Under the pieces are notes generated by a model. That model was not told the DNA's origin. It worked only from the letters and a program-made list of their open reading frames with translations, and ran no database searches. Shown here in pieces: positions 19,735 to 29,614 of a stretch of 64,000 nucleotides of DNA; position 1 is the stretch's first letter, and the number at the start of each line of letters is the position of its first letter. The DNA comes from Terriglobia bacterium (lineage in GTDB: Bacteria > Acidobacteriota > Terriglobia > 20CM-2-55-15), in contig CBDCLE010000001.1 in NCBI GenBank assembly GCA_965218585.1, positions 64,001 through 128,000 of the forward strand, in the 5' to 3' direction. Made by a program: the position numbers and the translations under genes.

Positions 19735-21120
19735 GAGTTATTGTCAAAAGTGGTGTTTTGCCGATTGACTCAAGCGGCGGCCTGATCGACGTGGGTCACT
19801 TCGATTCCATCGTTGAATTTCACTCCAGTAATCACCTTGGGCAGATCATCGAATCCTCGTAATCGTCGCCAGTTCTTCTGAGCGCACTGTCCCAGTTTGA
19901 ACATCATGTGCAGCATGCCAACCCGCGTCAGGCAACCCCTGGATCGCTTGGTTCGGTGGCGAATGGTAGCAAAGGTCGACTCAATGGGATTGGTCGTTCG
20001 GATGCTCTGCCAGTGCTTGGCCGGGAAGTTGAAGAAGGCCAGCAGTTCTTCTTTGTCTTTCTGGAGGCAGCGAGTGGCTTTCGGATACTTCGGCTCATAG
20101 GTTTCAATGAACAGATCGAATGCCTTCTCGGCGTCTGCCTGTGTCTGAGCCCGCCAGATCGCGTGCAAAGCCTGTTTCGCCTTCGCCTGGGCCGACTTCG
20201 GGAGCCCGTTCAGTACGTTCATGGTCTTGTGCATCCAGCAACGTTGGTGACGTGTCTCGGGATAGATTTCCTCCAGTGCGGCCCAGAATCCCATCGCACC
20301 GTCTCCGATGGCCAACTTCGGGATATTCATCCCACGCGACTTCAGCTTTAACAAGACCTCGCGCCAACTCTGTGTCGATTCCCGGACACCGTCTTCGATT
20401 GCCAGAAAACGTTTCTCTCCGCGTTGATTCGCGCCGATCACCACCAGTGCGCACAACTTGGTTTCTTCGGCCCGCAGTCCGCTGTAGATACCGTCGGCCC
20501 AGACATAGACCCAGCGATCGGCATCCAATCGCTCCTCGCATCCCCGGCGGTACTGCTCGGCCCAGACCTGTTTCAACCGCGATACCGTGCTCGCCGACAG
20601 GCCCTGCGCCTGGGGTCCGACAAGAACTTTTAGAGCGTCACCCATCTCGCCGCTGGAGACGCCTTTCAAATACAACCACGGCACCGCTGCTTCCAGCGAT
20701 TTCGTTTTCCGAATGTAGGGAGGTACCAGGGCCGACCGGAACGTTACCGGGTCGCCAGTCTTCGCTCGGACTTTCGGGATCTGGACCGTTACCGGCCCCA
20801 AACCGGTCTGCAGTTCACGTTCAGGCAGATAACCGTTGCGCACCACCCCGGCGTTGCCCGTCTCGGTTCTCCGATCGCCGTGGTGGGATAGCAGTTCCGC
20901 CAATTCGGTTTCCACCGCGCGTTGGATCAGTTGCTGAGCTCCAACTCGTAGTAGCTCTGTTATCGGATCCTCAATCGTCTCTCGACCCTCCGGTCCATTC
21001 ACGTTACTCTTGCTCATAGTGGCGTATCTCCCTTGGTTGCTTTGAAGTCTGGTAAACAACAAATCAACCAGATACGCCGCTCTTCCTCAATCCCTCAAAC
21101 ACCAGATTCGGTTATAACTC
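19735..21120 (-). mobile_element. IS256 family element (type A)
   Basis: Ends GAGTTAT / ATAACTC; 9-bp TSD TCGGAAATC. Confidence 0.93.
19770..21017 (-). CDS. IS256 (Mutator-like DDE) transposase
   Basis: RNGY, WADG, GDGAMG, QRCWMHK and RTTNPIES motifs. Confidence 0.93.
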   Translation of the reverse strand: MSKSNVNGPEGRETIEDPITELLRVGAQQLIQRAVETELAELLSHHGDRRTETGNAGVVRNGYLPERELQTGLGPVTVQIPKVRAKTGDPVTFRSALVPPYIRKTKSLEAAVPWLYLKGVSSGEMGDALKVLVGPQAQGLSASTVSRLKQVWAEQYRRGCEERLDADRWVYVWADGIYSGLRAEETKLCALVVIGANQRGEKRFLAIEDGVRESTQSWREVLLKLKSRGMNIPKLAIGDGAMGFWAALEEIYPETRHQRCWMHKTMNVLNGLPKSAQAKAKQALHAIWRAQTQADAEKAFDLFIETYEPKYPKATRCLQKDKEELLAFFNFPAKHWQSIRTTNPIESTFATIRHRTKRSRGCLTRVGMLHMMFKLGQCAQKNWRRLRGFDDLPKVITGVKFNDGIEVTHVDQAAA

Positions 21121-21400
21121 TCGGAAATCATGAAACATCTGGACCAGAAAGAAGTTCAGCAGCTGTCGTCGGCGATTGATAACGTTGGCGGACAGGAAGA
21201 CAAGTATGCCGAAGAGTTAGACAAACTGTTGGATATGCACGACTTTCCGAAGACACCCCCTTCTGTTTCGTAACGACAATCTCTGACCCGTCCCTCACAC
21301 ATCTGTCTGGCGTTGGCGCTTTTGTGCCTTTTGCACTGTAGGTGCGGTCTATGGCCACGCCCACACAAAATTCCCTTTCTTGCAAAACGTCTTTTTTCTC

Positions 21401-21428
21401 TAAGGCTTGACTCCAGTTCTGCCGATAA
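21401..21428 (+). promoter_or_regulatory. sigma28 (FliA)-type promoter for fliD
   Basis: TAAG-N16-GCCGATAA with a perfect -10 element. Confidence 0.7.
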
Positions 21429-21516
21429 GGAACGCATAACGTGGAATCCGCAAGGCTGGAGTAAAGGACACTTGTTCCGCTCCCAGCCATGAGATTGCGG
21501 ACTTTTGGGTTCTTTC

Positions 21517-22824
21517 ATGACGACTTCGATTAATTTCGGTGGGCCGGGCGTTTTCGCTCAGACGCGTTACGTTCAACTGAACCGGCAGAGCAGTCCGACG
21601 CGTCTCGCGCCGACCTCGGTCAGCACCTCAAGGCCGGCATCGGTTTCTACGGTAGCCGACAGTATGAGAGGTCTCGCTTCGGCGGTGGCCGGTCTCGGTA
21701 CTCCGGGGGCTTTTCTGGGGACCACAGCCACGTCTTCCGATCGGGATACAGTCAGTGTGTCTTCTGGAAGCGGCGCTGCGGTCGGCGAGCACACTCTTGA
21801 AGTCACCGAGTTGGCCACCCGGCAAGTCACCAAGGCGACAACGGGATACACCAACACGACGGATGCGGTCGCCGACGGTGGTTCCATTTCTTTTTCGGTG
21901 AACGGATCTACGACAACTACGATCTCGATTTCATCTTCGACAACCCTTTCGGAACTAAAGGACCAGATCAACAACCAGAATTCAGGAGTCGTGGCATCGA
22001 TCACCAACGACGGCATAAACAACCGGCTCGTTGTTTCCAGCAGAGAGAGTGGGAAGGGTCAGGGATTCACCGTCAACAACTCCCTGACAATCACGTCCGG
22101 TACAGTGATTCAGTTCGAGACTGGACAGAGTTCGCTTTCAGGTAACACGCAGAATGCCGGGAATGCCCATTTCAAACTGAACGGAACCGAATTCAACAGA
22201 ACAGCAAATACCTTCAACGACGCGATTGAAGGTGTGACGTTGACGCTGGTTGGAGAGGGAACTACGTCGGTAACGGTTTCTTCCGACCACAACGGTGTCA
22301 GCAAAGAGGCGGATCGTTTCGTGAGGGAGTTCAACAAGCTTGACGCTGTGGCGCGAAGTATCGGAGGGGCGGAGTCGTCTTCAAGTGACAATGTCGCTCT
22401 CGGTCCGGCCCTGCGGCACGTCAGGACCGCGACACATGACGCGATCGAAGTATCCTATGAAGGCAGCTTCAAATCTCTTACCGAAGTTGGGTTTTCTTAT
22501 CGGAAGTCCGGAGAACTGAAACTGGACAAGGACAAGCTGAACGCTGTGTTGGGGTCGGATGCAGACGGTGTGCGTCAGCTGTTCGTTGGCGGTGCGGAGG
22601 GGAACGGAGTCTTTGCGGGCCTCGGCAAGAAGTTGGGTGCACACACCTCTGCCAACGGAACGATACGACCCGGCGATCCCATAAGCGACTACGTGCACCC
22701 GGGCACGGCAAGCGTGTCGGGTCTGGCACCGCCTTCTCGAGATCTGGCATACATCCAGAACGTTCTCCAGGGAGTACTCAAGGGATCGGCCGACGCACCC
22801 GCACGGGTCAACATTCGAGCATGA
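21517..22824 (+). CDS. fliD: flagellar filament cap protein FliD-like (orphan)
   Basis: ATSSD, LEVTELAT, INNQNSGVVASI, NTFNDAIEGVTLTL and SLTEVG...LKLD motifs. Confidence 0.82.
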   Translation: MTTSINFGGPGVFAQTRYVQLNRQSSPTRLAPTSVSTSRPASVSTVADSMRGLASAVAGLGTPGAFLGTTATSSDRDTVSVSSGSGAAVGEHTLEVTELATRQVTKATTGYTNTTDAVADGGSISFSVNGSTTTTISISSSTTLSELKDQINNQNSGVVASITNDGINNRLVVSSRESGKGQGFTVNNSLTITSGTVIQFETGQSSLSGNTQNAGNAHFKLNGTEFNRTANTFNDAIEGVTLTLVGEGTTSVTVSSDHNGVSKEADRFVREFNKLDAVARSIGGAESSSSDNVALGPALRHVRTATHDAIEVSYEGSFKSLTEVGFSYRKSGELKLDKDKLNAVLGSDADGVRQLFVGGAEGNGVFAGLGKKLGAHTSANGTIRPGDPISDYVHPGTASVSGLAPPSRDLAYIQNVLQGVLKGSADAPARVNIRA

Positions 22825-22828
22825 CTTC

Positions 22829-23224
22829 ATGATCAAGCTCGTGCTGTCCGACGAAGAAGTAGTTCGAATCGTGACGGCTTTTATCGACGAGAAATTTCCG
22901 AAGACTTGTCCGTCATGTGACCGGGTATACGACTCTCTGGCCGACTACCTTCAATCGACGATTCATGTGGGAAACCCAGTGTCTTACGATGCCGAGCTGG
23001 CTGACTGGGAGCCTTCGAAACCTCTGGGAACCTTCTCCTTGGCTAACTGTCAGTGCGGTACAACACTGTCGATCGGAACACAGGGCATGAAGCTTCGAAC
23101 GATGTGGCGGCTGCTACTCTGGGCACGGGTTGAGACCCAACGACAAGGGATTTGCTCTCAGGAACTCCTGGCTTCTCTCCGAAGGAAAATCGATGAGTAT
23201 GTTTTTTGTCGAGAAGCCTCATGA
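22829..23224 (+). CDS. hypothetical Cys-rich (CPSC...CQCG) protein, probably co-transcribed with fliD
   Basis: 4 nt after the fliD stop; two Cys pairs. Confidence 0.65.
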   Translation: MIKLVLSDEEVVRIVTAFIDEKFPKTCPSCDRVYDSLADYLQSTIHVGNPVSYDAELADWEPSKPLGTFSLANCQCGTTLSIGTQGMKLRTMWRLLLWARVETQRQGICSQELLASLRRKIDEYVFCREAS

Positions 23225-23580
23225 AGCCACGCGAGAGCCTCGGCGGCTTTCTTCATTTGCCCCCAGATTACGCAAATCTTTCGCGTTGACTGCGTGTCGA
23301 AAAAGGAAGATATTACGCCCTGCAATCGGGCTGGTTTGGCCGCAACCAAACAGGCAGTTGGCACGGTGTTGACGGGCGAAGTGTGGAGCAATCTGCAAGT
23401 CGCTCAAAAGCATCGAAAAAGAACTCATAGATCTGGGGTTTGGCCGACGGTCGAGTTTGGAGTATTCACCTCGCCATGGAGTAGTGGATGCCGCGCCGAC
23501 CGGCCCAATTGCTTTTTTGGGTTCTAAGGAACTGATTGCGCCGATGCTGCTGGTCACCAGCATCGGGTCCCGCCGACATA

Positions 23581-24528
23581 TTACCGCCAGTCATCAATGA
23601 TATAGACATCCGGCCGATTGTAGCTCCGCTCCGGCTGGGTCTCCATGGCAACGCCGATGAACCGGGTGTGGAAACCCGATCTCCTTAGCTGGCTGTAAGC
23701 GTTCCAGCGCCCCATGTTCATGCCCACCGAGAGAAGACTCAGATCCCGCTGGGCAGCTACGGATTCGCATGCCCGAAGGAGGCTTCCGAAGTAGTCTTCC
23801 TGGTCCGGTGAAGGACGGACTGCGCCGAACTTGACGTAGCAAGCACCGTCGCCCGCTTCAGTGTCGGATCCGCAATGACATATCGCAAACGCCACCAGCG
23901 TAGACCCGGCGTAGATCAGACATACTTCACCCAGTCTCTGCCGAAGTACTGCCTCGAGTTCCCGTTCAAGGGTCAGTCCGTCGTGTATCGTTCCCGTCAG
24001 TTCGCCACATGCCGAGATTGCGGCTTTTTGTGACTCTTCGGCCAGGCTGGACAGCTTGGTGAAGTCCGTTTCGATCTGTGCATTCACCTCCTTGCCCAGG
24101 ACCGGAGTCAGGTGGCCCGCGCGAAATCCGTACTTTTCGTAAAGGTGGATATGTTTCGGGCTTTCGGAGAAGGTCAACAGACCCCGGTGAGTGATGCCCC
24201 AGTCTTCAAAAAGAGACATCGTCTCTTCCAGAAGCATCTGCGCAACTTTCCGGTCCCAGTACTCCGGCAGGACGGTGATGGGTCCAAAGAAGCCAAACGA
24301 TCCCCAGTTGGCCGCAAAATTCGTGCCAACAAGCTTTCCGTTGTGTTCTGCAGCAATTGCCGAGGCCGGATCGGCTCTCCAACGGGTCGAAACCAGGTCA
24401 CGACCCGGGAAGAGAGCCCCGGGATCTTTTTCCTTGAGAAAAGTGGCGAATGCGATCCGAAGGATGCGGTTGGCCTCTCCAAGTTCGTGTTCTTCCAGTG
24501 CCCTTAGGCGTATTTCGTTGGTTGGCAT
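23581..24528 (-). CDS. tandem GNAT N-acetyltransferase
   Basis: FGPITVLPEYW and LYEKYGF motifs; second GNAT half. Confidence 0.85.
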   Translation of the reverse strand: MPTNEIRLRALEEHELGEANRILRIAFATFLKEKDPGALFPGRDLVSTRWRADPASAIAAEHNGKLVGTNFAANWGSFGFFGPITVLPEYWDRKVAQMLLEETMSLFEDWGITHRGLLTFSESPKHIHLYEKYGFRAGHLTPVLGKEVNAQIETDFTKLSSLAEESQKAAISACGELTGTIHDGLTLERELEAVLRQRLGEVCLIYAGSTLVAFAICHCGSDTEAGDGACYVKFGAVRPSPDQEDYFGSLLRACESVAAQRDLSLLSVGMNMGRWNAYSQLRRSGFHTRFIGVAMETQPERSYNRPDVYIIDDWR

Positions 24529-24539
24529 CCGAGGGCTGC

Positions 24540-24881
24540 TCAGTCTTGGGACGCGCTGCGCTTTGCCTGGTTCACCTGACCCACAATGCGCCCGACCCAG
24601 TCACCCATGTAAGCGATAGCTTCCTCCAGCGTCGGAAACCGGCTTGTTTCCGCTCCGTGGAAAACCGCACCGGGACTCTCGTGCACTTCCCACTCCTTGT
24701 CTTTGATGTCCGATCGTTGGAGCCTGTAGTAGAAGTATTCTTGACCTTTTACGGTTACAGAGACCATCGATCCGTCCTCGAGGTCGAAAGCGCAGTCAAA
24801 CGCACTTTCCGTCAACGGACTGTTGGCCAATATCCCGAGGATCGATTCTTTAGTTTCAGCCGTCGTTTTCATGTTGGACAA
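24540..24881 (-). CDS. hypothetical protein
   Basis: Packed between co-oriented genes; plausible composition. Confidence 0.6.
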   Translation of the reverse strand: MSNMKTTAETKESILGILANSPLTESAFDCAFDLEDGSMVSVTVKGQEYFYYRLQRSDIKDKEWEVHESPGAVFHGAETSRFPTLEEAIAYMGDWVGRIVGQVNQAKRSASQD

Positions 24882-24883
24882 AC

Positions 24884-25027
24884 TCAGGACTGGAGGAAGC
24901 GCAATCGGTAGAAACGAGTCTCACAATTGCGGCAACGGTAGGGAAGAAGAAAGAACAAGAGCATGCGTTCAGCCAGGTGCCGTCGAGAGCGTCTGACGCT
25001 TTCTGATTCACAGCGTGGGCACTGCAT
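24884..25027 (-). CDS. 47-aa zinc-ribbon microprotein
   Basis: AGGAGG RBS; MQCPRC...YRCRNC...RF. Confidence 0.75.
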   Translation of the reverse strand: MQCPRCESESVRRSRRHLAERMLLFFLLPYRCRNCETRFYRLRFLQS

Positions 25028-25199
25028 TGAAGGGCCTCCTGCCTTTCGTGACAACACTAACACAGGAAGAAGACATCTTCTCTCGTCGTGCAAAATGACA
25101 TGCGAGGCAGGAGGGTCTGTGAGTACTAGGTGCACTAGCATGAAACCCATTGTTTCCAGGTGGTGTCTCAGTTCTGTGCGTCTTCTGAGAATCGGTGGG

Positions 25200-25382
25200 C
25201 TAGTCGGACAGAAACAGGATCGACGCCAGGAAGGTGACTACGACGGCCAGAGCGAACACTACGTCGCCGGCTTTGTAGAATCTGAGAGCGCGGAGACCAA
25301 GGGCCTCCTGAATCGGACGACGGAATCCAAGGAGAACTAGCGCGACACTTAGAATCACCGACTCTATTGCTCCGAAACTCAT
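25200..25382 (-). CDS. small two-TM membrane protein
   Basis: 60 aa with two hydrophobic segments. Confidence 0.5.
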   Translation of the reverse strand: MSFGAIESVILSVALVLLGFRRPIQEALGLRALRFYKAGDVVFALAVVVTFLASILFLSD

Positions 25383-25516
25383 GCAGTAACTATATCCGAC
25401 TCCGTCCTTTCAAGCTCAGGTCACCGGACAAATCGGTAGTGCGTCAGCCAAAGCGACGCACTACCTGTTTCCGAGCCTACTTCCGACTCCGATGCTGTTG
25501 TGATAACTATGCAAGG

Positions 25517-26014
25517 ATGAAATCGTGCTGCTTCTCCTGTGCCTGTGCAGTTTGGGCTCTGATTCTGCTCCCGACTCTGCCGTTGATCGAGCAGGAAGCA
25601 CGTTTTTCTTCGATTGCAGAAGGTTTTTCATCTGATGAAGGACCCATCGAAGTAGGCTATCGTGCGTTCACGGCCCCCCAATTGCAGGAAATGACATCCG
25701 GCGGCCTCCGAGTCGAGTCGATCGACGTGCTTCCGAGAGTCTTCCGTTTACAGGTTGGACAGAGACGATCCTTGAGAGAACTCCGTGTGACTGCACGAGA
25801 CTCCCAGGGTGCGATAATCGTACGAATTCCGTTTTCGGTAGGGCTTGAGGATGTCGACCCGGAAATAGTCAGCGTTGAATCGCTCAGAGTAAACGGCCAT
25901 GAGATAGAAGGAACCCGAGCTGGACAGAGCAGGTTGCGGTTTATGGCGGCGATTCCAAGAGACGATGGGACCTCGGCCGTGTCGATGATTCGAATTGTTG
26001 TTACCGACGAGTAG
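25517..26014 (+). CDS. hypothetical exported protein, Ig-like beta content
   Basis: Hydrophobic N-terminus followed by a beta-strand pattern. Confidence 0.5.
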   Translation: MKSCCFSCACAVWALILLPTLPLIEQEARFSSIAEGFSSDEGPIEVGYRAFTAPQLQEMTSGGLRVESIDVLPRVFRLQVGQRRSLRELRVTARDSQGAIIVRIPFSVGLEDVDPEIVSVESLRVNGHEIEGTRAGQSRLRFMAAIPRDDGTSAVSMIRIVVTDE

Positions 26015-26055
26015 CCACGTCCCCGCGCATCGGAAGTAACACGAGAGACAAGATC

Positions 26056-27230
26056 ATGAAACTGGTCGACAGGATGTCCCAAATGGGAACCGAATCTGCG
26101 TTCGAAGTTCTGGCGAAGGCTCAGGCCCTTGAAGCACAGGGCCGGAACGTGATCCATCTGGAAGTCGGGCAGCCCGATTTTCCGACCCCCCCCATGTAGT
26201 GGAAGCCGGAAAGAAGGCGTTGGATGACGGTGAGACCAAGTACGGGCCGCCAGCCGGGTTTCCCGAGTTCCGTGAAAGGATTGCGGCGTATGTTTCCCAT
26301 ACGCGCGGCGTCAGCCTTGATGCGGAAAACGTCTGCGTGGTCCCGGGTGCCAAGCCGGTGCTGTTTTTTACGATGATCGCGCTTCTGGAACAGGGCGACG
26401 AGGTTATTTATCCGGATCCTGGATTCCCGATCTACGGTTCCATGATTCGTTTTCTGGGAGCGACGCCGGTTCCTGTCCCGTTGCTCGAAAGTGACGGTTT
26501 CTCGTTCGATCTGGACGTTTTCGCCGATCGACTGTCTGAGAAGACGAAGATGGTGATTTTGAACTCCCCGGACAATCCAACCGGTGATGTCATTCCCAAA
26601 GAGAATCTGCAGTCGATCGCAGGCCTGCTTCGCGACCGGGACGTGATGGTTCTGAGTGATGAAATTTACTCCCGAATCTTCTACGGTCCCGAACCCACGT
26701 CGATTGCCAGCTGTGAAGGGATGTTGGAAAAAACGATTATTCTCGATGGGTTTTCCAAAACTTATTCGATGACCGGCTGGCGTCTGGGTTATGGCGTCAT
26801 GCCTCGGTGGTTGGCCGAAGCTGTAGCGAAATTGATGGTCAATTCCAACTCGTGCACAGCCAGCTTCACGCAGCGTGCCGAGATTGCGGCGCTTGAAGGT
26901 CCGCAGGATTCCGTTACTCGGATGGTCGGCGAGTTTCTTCGCCGCCGCGATGCGATCGTGAAGGGACTGGGGGATATATCCGGTTTTCGGTGTTCGACGC
27001 CTGCAGGTGCCTTTTACGCGTTCCCGAACGTCGCGGGGACGGGTATTGCTTCGAAGGAACTTGCGGAGACGATCCTGACCGAAGCCGGTGTGGCATCGGT
27101 TAGTGGCGATTCTTTTGGCCGGCATGGCGCCGGATACCTGCGTTTCAGTTATGCCAACTCGTTAGAGAATATTCTGGAAGCGACCGAAAGAATCCGGAAG
27201 ATAGCAGATCGCTGGGGGAATCAGGGGTAG
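26056..27230 (+). CDS. PLP-dependent class I/II (aspartate-type) aminotransferase; frameshift in C-run near 26190
   Basis: IHLEVGQPDF, NSPDNPTG, SDEIY and FSKTYSMTGWRLG motifs. Confidence 0.9.
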
Positions 27231-27521
27231 ATTCGAGTCCAACAAAAAATGCGATCGGATCGACCCTCGCTGCGTTCCCTCAACCATGGTGTTTGGGAAT
27301 GCCCAAGTCAGTCATCGGCCAAACCCTCGATCGTTGGGCTCTTTTTCAACGCCTGACCGGCCTGCGGGTTGCCCCGCATACCGCTCGGATATCGTGCCGA
27401 AAGTCGTCTTGGTTGCTACCAATCGACCCAATCGCGAGAGCAATCATCTGATTTTTTTCCTGCACGGTCAACGCGAAAGATTTGCACTATTCGTGTGGCC
27501 TGAAGCGTGGCGTTTTGGTCC

Positions 27522-27550
27522 AAAAAAAGGGGCCCTTGAAGGCCCCTTTT
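27522..27550. terminator. intrinsic terminator (7-U tail on the minus strand)
   Basis: AAAAAAAGGGGCCC-ttga-AGGCCCCTTTT hairpin. Confidence 0.75.
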
Positions 27551-27660
27551 CCAGTCTCTCCCGATCCCTGCTCAGCGACTTCGCATGAGGGCATCGTCCC
27601 TGCCGTTGATGTTCGGGTGTTTTCTCCTATTTGTTTCTATTCAGAGTTGTGCGAAAGTCG
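27522..27660 (-). ncRNA. candidate GGA-rich small RNA (CsrB/Rsm-like)
   Basis: Five GGA motifs in about 80 nt, two as CAGGGA; ends at the terminator; no convincing ORF. Confidence 0.35.
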
Positions 27661-27710
27661 AAAAACAGTCTATAGCGAAAATGTACATGTCAGACCGGGA
27701 GAATAGTCAA

Positions 27711-28676
27711 GTGTCTTCAAAAACGTTACGCACAGCGCTCGCATCCTTCGTACTGCTCGTCGCAACGCCGGTTGTTAACGGGCAGAATATGACAGTCACA
27801 CTCCTGGGTACCGGTTCGCCTCCACCGTTGATGGAGCGCTTCGGCCCGAGCATCCTGGTCGAAGCAGGAGACGAAAAATTGGTCTTTGACGTAGGGCGTG
27901 GCGTCACCCAGCGGATTTTTCAACTCGGGATGACACTCAGGGAGGTGACGGGTGTATTCCTCACTCACTTTCATTCCGACCACACTGTAGGGATCCCGGA
28001 TCTCTGGCTGACAGGGTGGCTATCACCCCGGTTCGGTGGCCGCATGACACCCTTTGAGATCTGGGGCCCCGAGGGAACCGAAGCCATGATGGCGGCTCTC
28101 GAAGAAGCCTACGCAGCCGATATCCGCATCCGAATCGCGGACCAGAACTACCTTCCCGAAGGTGTTGCGATTGTTTCTGAAGATATCGCTGAGGGTGTCG
28201 TGTTCGAAAGAAATGGTGTGCGTGTGACGGCGTTTGATGTGGATCATGGCGAACTGATCAAGCCTGCGATGGGTTATCGGGTGGATTACGGCGAGCGTTC
28301 GGTGGTCATGTCCGGAGACACAAGATTTAGTGAGAACCTGATTCGATTCGCAGAGGGGGCCGATGTCATCGTTCACGAGGTCGCCGCAGCGAGCGAAGCT
28401 TTGTTGGCGAAATCCGAAGGCGAGCGGCTCATCCTTGCACATCACACCACACCCGAGGAAGCTGGGACGGTTTTCGACCGGGTCACCCCTCGACTCGCAG
28501 TTTATTCCCACTTTGCTCTGAGGGGCGACTCTGAAATCGCGCCACCCACTCTCGACGATGTTGTCGCGATGACCCGGACGAACTATGACGGACCTCTTGA
28601 AATAGGAGAAGACCTGATGCGTATTGAAATAGGCGACGCTGTTGAGACTTACAGGTTCGCGCCTGCCTCCCCGTAG
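27711..28676 (+). CDS. exported MBL-fold hydrolase (RNase Z/AtsA arylsulfatase-like)
   Basis: LLGTGSP, THFHSDH, SGDT and HHTTPE motifs; GTG start with a GGGAG RBS. Confidence 0.88.
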   Translation: MSSKTLRTALASFVLLVATPVVNGQNMTVTLLGTGSPPPLMERFGPSILVEAGDEKLVFDVGRGVTQRIFQLGMTLREVTGVFLTHFHSDHTVGIPDLWLTGWLSPRFGGRMTPFEIWGPEGTEAMMAALEEAYAADIRIRIADQNYLPEGVAIVSEDIAEGVVFERNGVRVTAFDVDHGELIKPAMGYRVDYGERSVVMSGDTRFSENLIRFAEGADVIVHEVAAASEALLAKSEGERLILAHHTTPEEAGTVFDRVTPRLAVYSHFALRGDSEIAPPTLDDVVAMTRTNYDGPLEIGEDLMRIEIGDAVETYRFAPASP

Positions 28677-28696
28677 CCCCGGCCTGCCGGCAACCG

Positions 28697-29614
28697 ATGG
28701 CTGGATCTTCAAAGAAAGTAATTGTCGCTGCCCTTGTGGGCAATTCGTTGATCGCGATGACGAAGTTCGTCGCGTCGCTGGCGACCGGAAGTTCTGCAAT
28801 GCTTTCGGAGGGGATCCACTCCCTTGTGGACACCGGCAACCAGGTATTGCTTCTCCACGGTCTGAAGCGCTCCGCCAGGCCGGCCGACGAACAGTTTCCT
28901 TTCGGGCATGGGAAAGAAGTCTACTTCTGGAGTTTCATCGTCGCGATCATGATTTTTGCTGTAGGTGCCGGGATCTCGATTTATGAGGGTGTGACGCACG
29001 TTCTCGAGCCGGCAGAGATAACCAATCCCACGCTGAACTACATCGTTCTCGGAATCGCGATGATCTTTGAGGGCGGGGCCTGATACTTTGCCCTCACTGA
29101 ATTCACCAAGGCCAAGGGCAAATGGGGATATGTCGAGGCGGTTCAACGCGGCAAAGACCCGACCTTGTTCGTGGTTCTCTTTGAAGACTCGGCCGCCATG
29201 CTCGGACTGGGCGTTGCCTTTATCGGTGTCGCACTGACCCAGATCACGGGATTGGGTGAGTTCGACGGAATGGCCTCCATCGTTATCGGGATTATCCTCG
29301 GGGGGACTGCCATCTGGTTGGCCTACGAAACCAAGGGGCTGCTCATCGGTGAATCGGCCAACCGACAGGTTGTTTCGGGAATTCGCAAATTGGTGAGTAC
29401 GTCCCCCGATGTCCTCCATGTTAACGAAGTGCTGACGATGCACATGGGACCAGACTTTATTCTTCTGAACCTGGGTGTGAAGTTTCGCGACCCGATCACG
29501 GCCGCCGACCTTGAGGGGACCGTCCGAGGCCTCGAACGTCAGATCAAGGGTGCCTACCCTGAGGTGAAGCGGATTTTTATAGAGGCCGAAGAGAGGCAGG
29601 GCAGCGAGGTCTGA
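28697..29614 (+). pseudogene. cation diffusion facilitator transporter with an in-frame TGA at 29081-29083
   Basis: SEGIHSLVDTGNQ, PFGHGKE and FEDSAA motifs; both ORF parts are in one frame. Confidence 0.85.

Larger units (their letters stand above)
19660..21273 (+). pseudogene. 72-aa FliG N-terminal-domain-like microprotein split by IS256
   Basis: Removing the IS and one TSD gives MEEETKMNSAAALMVLLGEDLASEIMKHLDQKEVQQLSSAIDNVGGQEDKYAEELDKLLDMHDFPKTPPSVS*. Confidence 0.7.

Noticed and set aside
23221-23560. Possible small gene after the Cys-rich ORF (MKPRESLGGFLHLP...)
   Set aside because: Frame closes after 22 codons and no consistent ORF can be rebuilt
27585-27710. N-terminal extension of the MBL hydrolase in the ORF track
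   Set aside because: RBS and signal peptide favour GTG at 27711; the extension overlaps the candidate sRNA
29081-29083. Selenocysteine or genome-wide TGA recoding
   Set aside because: The position fits Trp in a TM helix, and many genes here end in TGA
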